In this document: in pieces, positions 17,401 through 26,461 of the stretch
How the letters are laid out: each line of letters opens with the position of its first letter
Position numbering within the stretch: the stretch's first letter is position 1
DNA from: Candidatus Shapirobacteria bacterium
GTDB taxonomy: Bacteria > Patescibacteriota > Microgenomatia > UBA12405
DNA length: 64,000 nt
Assembly: GCA_041661765.1 (NCBI GenBank)
Contig: JBAZTV010000001.1
Span: 71,755-135,754 of the forward strand
Direction of reading: 5' to 3'
Program-made: the position numbers and the translations under genes
The notes under the pieces: generated by a model
Database searches by the model: none
Told to the model about the DNA's origin: nothing
What the model saw: the letters and a program-made list of their open reading frames with translations, nothing else

Positions 17401-20047
17401 CATTTGGACTATTGCCAATATTTATACCCCCATCCCCAGAAATAATATTAATTGGTTGATTAGCAGCAATATTACCAATTGTTACGGCGCCTAAAGCAGT
17501 TGTGTCAAAAATAGTATTATTTTGCGCCACCACCTTAAATGGATTAGCTGTTGATCCCGCTTTTGTACTTACTCCTAAAATATATTGAGAACCAGTTCCG
17601 TTTGTTGCAGCTGTATTTTCCCCAAAAGTAAAAGCCGTTTTGCCATCAGTCGTTAAACCCCAATTCCATATTTGAGCAAAATCATTACTATTAATAGTGT
17701 TCGCCGCAGTTGCTGCCGTTATATTACTCAAAATTGAAATTCTTGCTCCACATCCCCAGCTAGAAGTGCTACTATTCCATGCCAAAACTTGACTATTTGA
17801 GCAAGTTGTTATTAATGACAACCCAGAATTATTTTCTAAACCACCAGTTGAACTAAGTTGTATTGCTGAACCAGAAACCTTATCAGTGGTAGTAATTGTT
17901 GCCAAATTATTATCAGTTATGCCCGCAGTTCCCGATAAATTTGAATTAGTTAACCCAGTAATCGTATTTCCGATCGCTGTTATCGTTTTATTAGTTAACG
18001 TTTGAACTGTATCAATCATCACCACTTTATTCCCAATCCTAATTCTCGCCGCACTACTTCCCACATCAGACACAATAAATTCATCAGAAGAAACACCAGT
18101 AGATCCAAATTGTAATTCCACTATTGATGACACTGACGGAGTTTGGTCTGACTCTTCTATTGTCAAAGAACCACCACCCCCAGAGTTATCTGCGTCGCAA
18201 GCCCAACCACCAGAAGCTGTCCATTTTAGCAATTGACCGTCTGAACAAGTGCGAATAAGAGATAATCCTCCACCGTCAGATAGTAGTCCACCATCTAAAT
18301 AAACTGATGGTGTTCCGCCGGCAATATCCGATCCGCAAGCCCAACCACCAGAAGCTGTCCATTTTAGCAATTGACCGTCTGAACAAGTGCGAAGCAAAGT
18401 TAAACCGCCGCTGTCGCCAATTCCACCATTAGTATTCAATTGAACGGCTGAACCGGAAACTTTATTAGCAGTCACAATCGTCGCTAAATTAGCATCAGTT
18501 ATTCCCGCACTTCCCGATAAATTTGAATTTGTTAACCCAGAAATAGTATTACTTCCAGCATCAATAGTTTTATTTGTAAATGTTTGAGTTTGACCAACAA
18601 AGGCAAAAGTATCATCTATAGTTAAACCTGGAATTGTCGCAATCCGACTGGCATTTGGGGCAATCGCCGAGATGGTGGTGGTATTAGTTGCTCCTAAAGA
18701 CAGCTGATTTGTCGTTGTTGTGACGACCAAGCTATTAGTTAAATTAGCTCCATTAAAAGTTGGGTTGGCTAAAACATCAATATTTTGAATTGTATCTACT
18801 GCCCCATTTATTACCAAAAAATTAACGGCATCAAAAGAGGCCATTCCCTTAATCACATTAGTTGCATCAAGCCCTGCTATTTTTACAGTTCCACCCAAAG
18901 CTACTGGCGAACCGCTAATCCCAATTCCTGTTCCAGCCACCGCATTCACATTAATGCTATTATTTGCTAATTGCGAATTATTAATACCAGCCGACCCTGA
19001 TAAATTACTGTTGGTTAAACCAGTAATAGTCGTTGGTGTAACACTAATTACGCTTCCGTATTGATCTATTTGAAACACTGGAATTTGAGTAGCAGATCCA
19101 TAAATTCCAGGAGTGGCCACCGACACAAAAGATAAACTTAATGTTCCACCCAAACCCACTGTACCACCACCCTGTAAACCACTACCAGAAAGAGTTTCAA
19201 TAGTTATAGATGAATTAGCCAATTGTGAATTTGTAATACTCGCTCCAACCGAAAGATTGTTAGTCGTCAAACCAGTAATCGTATTATTGCCAGCAGCAAT
19301 GGTTTTATTTGTCAAAGTCGCCCCAAAATTATTAAACACAAAACTATCATTAGTACTCATCGCTGGAATGGTTACGATTCTATCTGCAGTTTGGGTATTA
19401 GCATTTATAGTAGTTTTTGAACCACTAACTCCCAAATTTAATTGGTTAGAGGTAGTAGTCATATTTAAACCATTGTTAATAGTCACATTATTAAAAGTTT
19501 GCAGACCCGTCCAAACATTAGACGCACCTAAATTCAATGCTAATGTGCCTCCTTCGTTTCCTGTCATCATTAATCCGCCTCCACCAGTGGCTCCCGCCAC
19601 ATAATTTCCCGAAGTATAAGTTCCTAAAACCACATCATTCCCATGCCAAACCCCAGTTGTAATCGTTCCTAAAGTTGACACATTAGTCGACCCTACCCAA
19701 GTTAATAAATCAGCACTTCCGCTGTCATCTCCACACACCCAATCTGTTCCGTTAAATTTTGGTATTTGTCCATTAATACAACTATTACTCGCCCATTTAA
19801 TAAAAGTTATTCCGCCATCAGTAATTTCTACCCCGCTTGAACCCACCGTCAACCCACTCCCAGTGGCTGTCGAAATTGTCACTGGCGGTGTCACTGTACA
19901 ATTTGGGTTAGTCGGTAAACAACTTGGAGTTAATGTTTCTCCTGGAGAATATAACGCCGTCGCTTCAATCTGCTTAGTAAAAACCAAAAATAATAAAACT
20001 AAAATAAATAAAGGGTATATATTAAAACGCCCCGCCTTCAATAACAT
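14489..20047 (-). CDS. Giant secreted fibre/adhesin-like protein (1852 aa)
   Basis: Signal peptide, G/S/T/N-rich repeats, C-x-x-GQ-x-x-K-W...W-x-C repeats, VGIGTTNP, C-terminal ADLAE...GRVPVKV...GVAMKA domain resembling fibre chaperone/peptidase G2 domains. Confidence 0.8.
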   Translation of the reverse strand: MLLKAGRFNIYPLFILVLLFLVFTKQIEATALYSPGETLTPSCLPTNPNCTVTPPVTISTATGSGLTVGSSGVEITDGGITFIKWASNSCINGQIPKFNGTDWVCGDDSGSADLLTWVGSTNVSTLGTITTGVWHGNDVVLGTYTSGNYVAGATGGGGLMMTGNEGGTLALNLGASNVWTGLQTFNNVTINNGLNMTTTSNQLNLGVSGSKTTINANTQTADRIVTIPAMSTNDSFVFNNFGATLTNKTIAAGNNTITGLTTNNLSVGASITNSQLANSSITIETLSGSGLQGGGTVGLGGTLSLSFVSVATPGIYGSATQIPVFQIDQYGSVISVTPTTITGLTNSNLSGSAGINNSQLANNSINVNAVAGTGIGISGSPVALGGTVKIAGLDATNVIKGMASFDAVNFLVINGAVDTIQNIDVLANPTFNGANLTNSLVVTTTTNQLSLGATNTTTISAIAPNASRIATIPGLTIDDTFAFVGQTQTFTNKTIDAGSNTISGLTNSNLSGSAGITDANLATIVTANKVSGSAVQLNTNGGIGDSGGLTLLRTCSDGQLLKWTASGGWACGSDIAGGTPSVYLDGGLLSDGGGLSLIRTCSDGQLLKWTASGGWACDADNSGGGGSLTIEESDQTPSVSSIVELQFGSTGVSSDEFIVSDVGSSAARIRIGNKVVMIDTVQTLTNKTITAIGNTITGLTNSNLSGTAGITDNNLATITTTDKVSGSAIQLSSTGGLENNSGLSLITTCSNSQVLAWNSSTSSWGCGARISILSNITAATAANTINSNDFAQIWNWGLTTDGKTAFTFGENTAATNGTGSQYILGVSTKAGSTANPFKVVAQNNTIFDTTALGAVTIGNIAANQPINIISGDGGINIGNSPNEKIINIGNNTGDTSLNLFVGTSGFSLEGTASSNYSIGSSTTTGTFDIGGVNQTGTANLFASNGGMTVNIGTGNASNIIAIGNSTTSTSIELRSGTGSITAKTGSGNGMQFLSNTVTDDSIKIAPGQNGGATSYQGIITQANLTAGRTWTLPDASGQIPLSTLNNGLFFNTTGPTSLTLPTSGTVTALGNSTTGSGSALVLSTSPTFTTSILTPQIIGSAIADGTITIAGNNALSGNNATGINTKFNVGDSGANTAIVIMNNGFVGIGTTNPVGPFELISQNDFLYVTKYSNDVYSPGVVGRKARGTESAPLAVQTDDKLASLGGRGYDGTTFPLGVLGSSGAFQVIAGENFTATNRGTYLSFIVTPLGSTTRSEKMRLDPAGALNIFNTTNQLSLGTNNTTTISAIAPSTSRIATIPGLTIDDTFAFVGQTQTFTGKTIDGGNNTITGLTNTSLVNSSLTVAVGIGLSGGGTISLGSTGTVALNLGSSNVWTGLQTFNGGISTNTIQASSGNITFAVGGTNSSGKVVIGNSGTTAPDLLVLDNGTSDPTGINGATYYNSSTNKFRCYENSVWKDCDTTGSGGAAKSASIVDNTIDTLGIGETNILQGTAPAITPSSVSNRILITGLIKVTMTSNDTETNTFRVRRGVSGCGGTQVDSDLTLLTTGSHTSDSPVDSYLGFSFIDSPNTTSSQAYTICALTSTATTPNTVPKIMMTIIEVAASGADLAELYSTNDNSMAPGDVVSLDSTLNAGVKKSQKAYDNNVFGVISLRPGVIMGEVDDEGVKSVPVALSGRVPVKVNTENGPIKAGDPLTSSSTPGVAMKATKAGAIIGTAMSDFEGEETGQVLMFIKNGLGTGTKIADLLPGVDENATDFSKQILDELMWQNDNLVLTDLSEIITDRLVAGVEIITPKIVTDKTQTKNLCVGEENNETCITKSQLDQILLKMDIGGTTPTLTPTPTEVGATLDTTGL
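18196..18393. repeat. Identical 60-bp direct repeat within the giant protein gene
   Basis: 18196-18255 equals 18334-18393 (encodes RTCSDGQLLKWTASGGWAC). Confidence 0.9.
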
Positions 20048-20082
20048 TGTATCTATTTAATAATTCTTTTATTAAAAAATTA

Positions 20083-20583
20083 TTATTTTTTCTTTTTAGA
20101 TACGATAATATCTATGATAGCCAAAATCGCCACCAAGCTGATTACTCCCAACAAAATAAAAAAATAAGTTTTTAATTCCTCATCTTTTCCCGCCACTACA
20201 TGAAAACTAGTCAACACTTCTTCAGCTAAGTTTTCATAATCACTTATTTTTACATTTAAGTTATAAAATCCAGTTTCAGAACTTTCTGGAATCACAATAA
20301 AATCTAAAAATTGAGCTTGTGTTTCTACTGCTTTTAAAACTTGTGATTGGGCTATTACTATTCCATCCTTAGTCACTTCATAATTCAATCGCAAATCCTT
20401 TCTTTGTGGATTTTCTGGATATTTAATATCTATTTCAAAATAAAGTCGGTCACCAGCCTGAATTTCAGTATATTTTTCTGAAATATTTGTTGACACACTC
20501 AAAGCCCTGGCATATGGCGCATTAATAAACATTTCTACATAAATAAAAACAACACAAATTACTTTAATTATCTTAACCATCAT
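20083..20583 (-). CDS. Secreted Ig-like protein with C-terminal TM anchor (paralog of 25218-25742)
   Basis: EKY.EI.AGDRL.FE...KYPENP.RKDLRL.Y shared with the paralog. Confidence 0.8.
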   Translation of the reverse strand: MMVKIIKVICVVFIYVEMFINAPYARALSVSTNISEKYTEIQAGDRLYFEIDIKYPENPQRKDLRLNYEVTKDGIVIAQSQVLKAVETQAQFLDFIVIPESSETGFYNLNVKISDYENLAEEVLTSFHVVAGKDEELKTYFFILLGVISLVAILAIIDIIVSKKKK

Positions 20584-21037
20584 GACGAATATTAATTAAA
20601 AAACTTAAAATTGAAAGATAAAGAAGTATATTGTAAAAAGCAAATAAAACCAAATTTGTATTATAAATAATAATCCTAAATGGTATAAATAAAGATAAAA
20701 TATTTAAGTTAAAAAAAATAATAGAGCATATAAAAAACATATAAAATAATAACGAGTTAATCTTTTTCTTATTAATATAAAAAAACATTACCGGGGCCAA
20801 TATTAATAAAAAATTAATATAATAAACCCAATCGATAATATTTAGTGAAAAATATAACATAAAAATATCAAGGAAAATCCTTATTAAAACTACAAGATAG
20901 GTTAAAAATATAAAAACTATTTGTTTTTTATCAGCTTTTTTAAATAATCCCACTACCAATAAACCCATCATCACAATTGTTAAAAGGACACAAATAAACA
21001 AAACACTTAGCTCTATATTTTGGTTAATATTAAACAT
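20573..21037 (-). CDS. Small multi-TM membrane protein (about 5 TM)
   Basis: Highly hydrophobic; likely start at 21037 overlaps the upstream stop (TAATG); positional counterpart of 25723-26208. Confidence 0.65.
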   Translation of the reverse strand: MFNINQNIELSVLFICVLLTIVMMGLLVVGLFKKADKKQIVFIFLTYLVVLIRIFLDIFMLYFSLNIIDWVYYINFLLILAPVMFFYINKKKINSLLFYMFFICSIIFFNLNILSLFIPFRIIIYNTNLVLFAFYNILLYLSILSFLINIRHDG

Positions 21038-21297
21038 TATCGTTTTTTTATTAAAATAATTAAAATCCATAAAGAACATATTGCTAGAAGTGATTCAGAC
21101 ATAAACCAAGCTCTTTGATCATTAATGTTATATAAATTTAAAGCAACATTGATACAATAAGAAAGACTTATTGTAAAAAAAGGCAAAAAAATTCCCATTT
21201 TTTTTGAACGAATAATATTCAAAGAAGCTAGCCACATTAATACAATTGCTGACATCAACACAATAACTATTGTTAAAAAGTTTAAAAATATTGTCAC
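21037..21297 (-). CDS. 3-TM membrane protein (paralog of 26195-26461)
   Basis: AI.L.WL....KKM..F.PFF.I.L.YC shared with the paralog. Confidence 0.75.
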   Translation of the reverse strand: MTIFLNFLTIVIVLMSAIVLMWLASLNIIRSKKMGIFLPFFTISLSYCINVALNLYNINDQRAWFMSESLLAICSLWILIILIKKR

Positions 21298-23123
21298 AAC
21301 TTCATTTCCTTTTTAAATCCATAAAAAATTAAAAACAAACTCACAAATTCTATAGTTCCCAATAGCAGCCAAAAATAAAGAGGAAAAGGTTCAAAATTAT
21401 TATTATATTCTTCAAAAAAAACTTGCGTTAATTTATCAAACAAAAATAAAATAGATCCCCATTGAATTAATTTTTTTGCCACCATATCTTTAAATTTAAA
21501 TGCATTAAAAAACAAATTAATTAAAACCATTATCATCACTAGATCAGGAATATCATTATAAAATGCCGCCTTTCTCCAATCATTAAAAAATGAAATTATA
21601 AAAAAGAAATAACCAATTGTAAAAATTAAAGAAAATAAAATAACATATCCAATTTTTAGTTTTATAAAAAAATTCTCAATTTTTGATATTTTTTTTATTT
21701 TTTCTTTTTCCAATAGTCTTATCTTATTTCTAATAGTTACTAAAACACCAATCAAAGAAAATAATAAAAAAATTATTATTGATGCAAACAATTCTTTATT
21801 AAAAGATATATCTAAAACTTCAGTCTCTTTAATTTCCGTTGCCAAACACCAAGGCAATCCAGTAATTAAAGAATTTGTGGCAATAGTTCTTTCATTATTA
21901 TAATTAAGTAAAATATTTATCGATGGATTTTTTATTCCAGAGAAACAATTACGGATATTGTCCGTATCAATAGTTTGAACAAACATATCAAAAGAACTAT
22001 TTCTTAATGGACTAACAAGTATTTTTTGGTCTTGACTTACTAAATAACTTTCACCAGTTTTAGCCAAACTTTCTTTATCTTCAACTATTCCAAAAACAAC
22101 ATTCATATTTTTAATCAAAGCCACATATCCTAATAATTTGTTTTGATCATACACTGGCGATAAAACTAAAAACTCTGGATACAAGTCACTATAATAATCA
22201 ATGTAAGCATCAGAAAATATAATCTCTTTTTTATTTTTTGTTTCAATAAATTTTTTTGTTAAATACCAATTTTGATTAACCGGCCAATTAAGATTTGACC
22301 CAACCTTTTCTTTAATTGTATTTGTATATACGACATAACCATCAGGATTTATTAAAAATAAATTATTAAAATCCTTTTTATTAACATTTTCTTCAAAAAA
22401 TTTTAAATTTAATTCAGATACCTCTTTAATCATTTTATAACTATCAACAGTGGCTGCTACCACCACTGCTAAACCAACTCCGTCACCAGTTTTAACGTCC
22501 AAATTAGCCATACGGACATATCTTCTTATTGGATTTTTATTCTTTTCATTCCAATTATAAAAACCATAAATATCTTGATTATTTTTTATACCCTCAATAA
22601 TCAGTTTATAAAGCTCTGGAGAATTTTTTATATCATCATAATTTTTTCCAAAAAATGTTCCACCTTCATTAAAAGAGGACACTTGCTGTTGGTAATTTTC
22701 AATCGAAATATAACCATCTAAACCAATTATTCCAGTTATAATTTTTTGAAAGACAGGATCGTTTTTAAATTCATTAAAATTTCTATTTGGATTTCTTTTA
22801 ATATAATTTTCTATTTCTTTAATAATAATATTAGACTCTTCGTCGACATTAATTTTCATTATTTGTTCACTAGAAACTAATGGCTCATCTAATAAATATT
22901 TTGTTTCATCTGAATTTGACAACTCTTTAATTTCATTATCTATAATTGAAAAATACGAATCAATCTTATTTTTCTTTAAATCAGAAACCTCAATTAATTG
23001 ATGGTATGTTTTTTTTAAGATTTGATTTTTAGTAAAAGTACAACTTATAAGCCAAAAAAGTCCACCTCCTAAAATACCCAAAAAACAAAAAATTATTATA
23101 CTTTTTATTCGACTCAAAATCAT
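21294..23123 (-). CDS. Cache-type sensor domain protein with extra C-terminal TM helices and no output domain
   Basis: TM, NLFLINPDG.VVY, SDAY..Y, SPVY...LLGYV, TGESYLV, WCLATEI, TM, then about 4 more TM helices. Confidence 0.75.
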   Translation of the reverse strand: MILSRIKSIIIFCFLGILGGGLFWLISCTFTKNQILKKTYHQLIEVSDLKKNKIDSYFSIIDNEIKELSNSDETKYLLDEPLVSSEQIMKINVDEESNIIIKEIENYIKRNPNRNFNEFKNDPVFQKIITGIIGLDGYISIENYQQQVSSFNEGGTFFGKNYDDIKNSPELYKLIIEGIKNNQDIYGFYNWNEKNKNPIRRYVRMANLDVKTGDGVGLAVVVAATVDSYKMIKEVSELNLKFFEENVNKKDFNNLFLINPDGYVVYTNTIKEKVGSNLNWPVNQNWYLTKKFIETKNKKEIIFSDAYIDYYSDLYPEFLVLSPVYDQNKLLGYVALIKNMNVVFGIVEDKESLAKTGESYLVSQDQKILVSPLRNSSFDMFVQTIDTDNIRNCFSGIKNPSINILLNYNNERTIATNSLITGLPWCLATEIKETEVLDISFNKELFASIIIFLLFSLIGVLVTIRNKIRLLEKEKIKKISKIENFFIKLKIGYVILFSLIFTIGYFFFIISFFNDWRKAAFYNDIPDLVMIMVLINLFFNAFKFKDMVAKKLIQWGSILFLFDKLTQVFFEEYNNNFEPFPLYFWLLLGTIEFVSLFLIFYGFKKEMKL

Positions 23124-23127
23124 AATT

Positions 23128-24201
23128 CTATTCCGATGGTAAATAGTTAATAATTTTCGAATTAATCAAAATTACACTTGGAATATTTTCTTGTTTTAAT
23201 CCAAGACTTTTAGCTCGAGCCAAATTCAAATATCGTAAACCTTTTTCGGTTGCTTTAAATTCAAAACTACTAGGAAATTTACCATCAATTAGGATTGCTC
23301 TAGCTAAATCTCCAGCCTTTCTCCCTTGTTCTTCAGATGATACCTCAACTGAAAGTAATACCCCATCTTCAACCACAAAACCCCAAAAAGTAGTTTCCGG
23401 AATTCCACTATTTTTTATTAGCCATTTTATTACTTCTGTCTCTGACACACTCTTATTATTTTCATCCACCAAACCAACCATACTAAAATTCATAATCGCA
23501 TTTACTTTTTTACCTTTATATTCCAAAATTTTCTTCTTATATTCATTGAAAGTATTAACTCGATCCCATCCAATAAATTCGATTTCTGGAAAATTAGTCG
23601 TTTGTTTTTGAATTCTTTCCATCACTACTTTCCATTGTGATGCATCTTGTGAGATCACTCCAATTTTTTTTATTTTATTGGGATATAAAGATTTTAAAAA
23701 TTCAATCGTTTCTATAAAATGTTCTCTTTCCAAAACTCCAGTCACATTTTTAGTTTTATCATAACCATATGTTTGTGGATCTTCATTCACTCCCGAAAAA
23801 ACTATCGGAATATTTGTATTAATATATTTTAAAATCGCCATTTGTGCTCCATCATCAGTGGCATAAATTAGGTCTGGTTTATATTCATCAATCATTTTTA
23901 TCGCTTCTTCAGTTGCTAATCTTTTATGTTCCACCGAAACATCCCTCAATTCATCCAAGTCAAACTCCTTTACTTCTATAATAATTCCATCTTTTTCAAA
24001 AACATCTTTAAAAGCTTTTATGTTTTCTGTAATTAAAGGAAAATCTGAGTGATAGCTGTTTAACCAAAATATTTTAATTGCCCTATTTCCTCCTCTAAAT
24101 TTATATGGACTTCTAAAAATATAATAAGAGCTAAAAATTAATCCAATTATTACTATCACAACAATAATTATTAAAAAATTTTTTTTAATTATTTTTTTCA
24201 T
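23128..24201 (-). CDS. ABC-type substrate-binding-like sensor protein, membrane anchored
   Basis: IFWLNSYH, PDLIYATDDGA, PIVFSGVN, NVTGVLE, EQGRKAG.LA..IL, YLNLARA. Confidence 0.85.
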   Translation of the reverse strand: MKKIIKKNFLIIIVVIVIIGLIFSSYYIFRSPYKFRGGNRAIKIFWLNSYHSDFPLITENIKAFKDVFEKDGIIIEVKEFDLDELRDVSVEHKRLATEEAIKMIDEYKPDLIYATDDGAQMAILKYINTNIPIVFSGVNEDPQTYGYDKTKNVTGVLEREHFIETIEFLKSLYPNKIKKIGVISQDASQWKVVMERIQKQTTNFPEIEFIGWDRVNTFNEYKKKILEYKGKKVNAIMNFSMVGLVDENNKSVSETEVIKWLIKNSGIPETTFWGFVVEDGVLLSVEVSSEEQGRKAGDLARAILIDGKFPSSFEFKATEKGLRYLNLARAKSLGLKQENIPSVILINSKIINYLPSE

Positions 24202-25228
24202 CTAATTTATTGTTTATTAAAAGTAATATAAAAATAAATCCTTGAATTAATACTTGTATCAAAATTGCCCATAAATAATCTTTTTTTTGTTGACTGAAAT
24301 CTTTTAAGCGATTACTCTTATTAGTCACTGTAATTAATAACCACTGGTAATCATCATTAAGATTTTCATTAATTGTTTTTGATCCTTCATATAATTCAAA
24401 ATTACTTATTGTTGGGTTAATACAGCGATAAGTAAAAAATTGCTCATTAGTTTCTTGGCGTCTCTCATCACATTTAGTAATTAAGTCTTTGGAGGCAATC
24501 GGATAGTCAACAAAAAAATTATTATTTTCATTTTCGGATAAATAACCAAATTCTTTATTTTTATTAGGGTTAGCCAAATAAAAACCATCCTTATCAATTA
24601 AATAGGTCGTTTCTCCTTCTCTTCGTGATCTTCTAATACTATCTAAAAAATAATTGGCATAAACTTTAACTAAAATTATGCCCTTTAATCTATTTGTCTT
24701 CTGGTCAAAAATTGGAGTGGCATATTTTAAAACTGGAATTTTTTTTTCCAAAGTTAAAGGAAAAATATAAACCTCTCCTTTTTTTAAATTTTTTAATAAA
24801 TCAAAACAAGAATTATCGTTTTGCTTATCATTAGAATCAGAGATAATTTGTCGTGTTTTTCCATCAAATTCAGCCATTAATAAAACTTTTTTATCACTAT
24901 TTATATAACTTATTTGGTAATAAGCCTCACTCTGATTTAAAAATTCTAAAAAATCATTTTTAATATTATTAATTTCAGCCGAGTTTGTACTTATTTTTTG
25001 AAATTCAGATAATTTACTTAAAAATAAAAGATTATCTGCCGCCCCAGATGGAAAATTATTAATTTCAAAATAAGTGGTATTTAATCTTTGGTCAATTATA
25101 TCTAAAGCATCAGCTTTAATTTTTATATTTTGTTGCCTAGATTGTTGGTAATAAAATACCGCATTAAAAACCATCGATATTATTAATAAAATAAAAATCA
25201 AAAATAATAAAGACTTTTTATTTTTCAT
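24185..25228 (-). CDS. Cache domain protein (TM-Cache-TM) lacking a cytoplasmic domain
   Basis: YYQISYIN..K, PVLKYATPIFD...GII, YLIDKDGFYLANP, W.LI, terminal TM. Confidence 0.8.
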   Translation of the reverse strand: MKNKKSLLFLIFILLIISMVFNAVFYYQQSRQQNIKIKADALDIIDQRLNTTYFEINNFPSGAADNLLFLSKLSEFQKISTNSAEINNIKNDFLEFLNQSEAYYQISYINSDKKVLLMAEFDGKTRQIISDSNDKQNDNSCFDLLKNLKKGEVYIFPLTLEKKIPVLKYATPIFDQKTNRLKGIILVKVYANYFLDSIRRSRREGETTYLIDKDGFYLANPNKNKEFGYLSENENNNFFVDYPIASKDLITKCDERRQETNEQFFTYRCINPTISNFELYEGSKTINENLNDDYQWLLITVTNKSNRLKDFSQQKKDYLWAILIQVLIQGFIFILLLINNKLDEKNN

Positions 25229-25742
25229 TTTTTTTCATTCTATAAATCATCCAAAATTCAATAATAACCAAAACATCCACAATTCCGATTGCCACTCCTA
25301 AAATATAAATATATTTCATCAAATCAGCTTTTCCTTTAACTACTCTAAAATCTGCCGAAACCTCTTCGTTTAAATTTTCATAGTCTTGAACCTTGTTGGT
25401 AATAGTATAGGTTCCCACCTCCAAAGATTCAGGTATTGTCATATAGTCCATAAAAGAAGATTGAGTTTCAATTGCCTTAAGAACCTTACTTTCACTAACA
25501 ATTTCATCTCCATTTTTAATTTGGTAAGTTAATCGTAAGTCTTTTCGACTAGGGTTTTCTGGATATTTTACTTCCAATTCAAAAGTAAGCCGGTCTCCAG
25601 CTGTTATTTCTAAATATTTTTCTGGAATATGGATAACTAAATTTAATGCCAATACTGATTTACTAACCACCACTACAACCACTATTAATCCCAAAATCCA
25701 CATAAATCCAAACAAAACTTTGTTATTTATATTCAGGTTCAT
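25218..25742 (-). CDS. Secreted Ig-like protein with C-terminal TM anchor (paralog of 20083-20583)
   Basis: IPEKYLEITAGDRLTFELEVKYPENPSRKDLRLTY...LKAIETQ..FMDY..IPES. Confidence 0.8.
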   Translation of the reverse strand: MNLNINNKVLFGFMWILGLIVVVVVVSKSVLALNLVIHIPEKYLEITAGDRLTFELEVKYPENPSRKDLRLTYQIKNGDEIVSESKVLKAIETQSSFMDYMTIPESLEVGTYTITNKVQDYENLNEEVSADFRVVKGKADLMKYIYILGVAIGIVDVLVIIEFWMIYRMKKNEK

Positions 25743-26208
25743 TTTGAAATTTAATTAAGACTGCTAATATTAAAAAATATAGATCAATTACTGTTAATAA
25801 AGATAAAAACCCTGCCAATAACATCAACAAATTATTCCCAGTATTAATTTGAATAGTAAAAACTATAAAATTTAGGATTATCAATCCTATTCCGATTAAA
25901 ATCTCTGTCGGTCTAATAAATTGTCTAAAAACCGAAAATAGTCGAATATAAAGCCAAACTACTACTATGTTTATAGTAGTAAAAACAGAAAAATCGATCA
26001 TTCCTGGCCATCTAAAAAGAATAATAAATCCATAAGTCAGCAATAAAATTATCGAAGAAATAACCAAACTAAAAAACATTGATAGTAATATTCTTGCTTC
26101 TTTGTATTTGAATTGGAAAGATAATAATATTCCAAATAAAGTCATCAAAATAATTCCACTCCCTAAAAATAAGGATATTATTATAGTATCCAAATTAGTC
26201 AGAAACAT
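25723..26208 (-). CDS. Small multi-TM membrane protein (about 5 TM)
   Basis: Hydrophobic 161-aa ORF overlapping both neighbours. Confidence 0.7.
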   Translation of the reverse strand: MFLTNLDTIIISLFLGSGIILMTLFGILLSFQFKYKEARILLSMFFSLVISSIILLLTYGFIILFRWPGMIDFSVFTTINIVVVWLYIRLFSVFRQFIRPTEILIGIGLIILNFIVFTIQINTGNNLLMLLAGFLSLLTVIDLYFLILAVLIKFQNEPEYK

Positions 26209-26461
26209 ATTTTTTTATAGTAAAAACAAATAATCCAAAACTAATCAATAAAAATAAGTCTTTAAAAAACCAAAAAATATTAGTCAAAAGAAAATAAAAA
26301 GAAAATACTGAGGCAAAACAGTAAGCCAATCCAATCATAAAAAAGGGGACAAAGGGGATTACCATTTTCTTCTCCATCATTGCCTGTGACGACAACCAAA
26401 TCATTAATATTGCCAACATTAAATCTAAAAAACTTCCAAAATATAATAATAAATTGCTCAT
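26195..26461 (-). CDS. 3-TM membrane protein (paralog of 21037-21297)
   Basis: Shared WL...KKM...PFF.I.L.YC motif. Confidence 0.75.
   Translation of the reverse strand: MSNLLLYFGSFLDLMLAILMIWLSSQAMMEKKMVIPFVPFFMIGLAYCFASVFSFYFLLTNIFWFFKDLFLLISFGLFVFTIKKYVSD

Noticed and set aside
14489-20047. Prophage, suggested by tail-fibre-like motifs
   Set aside because: The protein has a signal peptide, and no capsid, terminase, portal or integrase genes are visible.
15584-20060. Plus-strand ORFs within the giant gene (e.g. 19113-19604) and similar short ORFs opposite other long genes
   Set aside because: Antisense or alternative-frame artefacts of biased codon usage, with no recognisable motifs.
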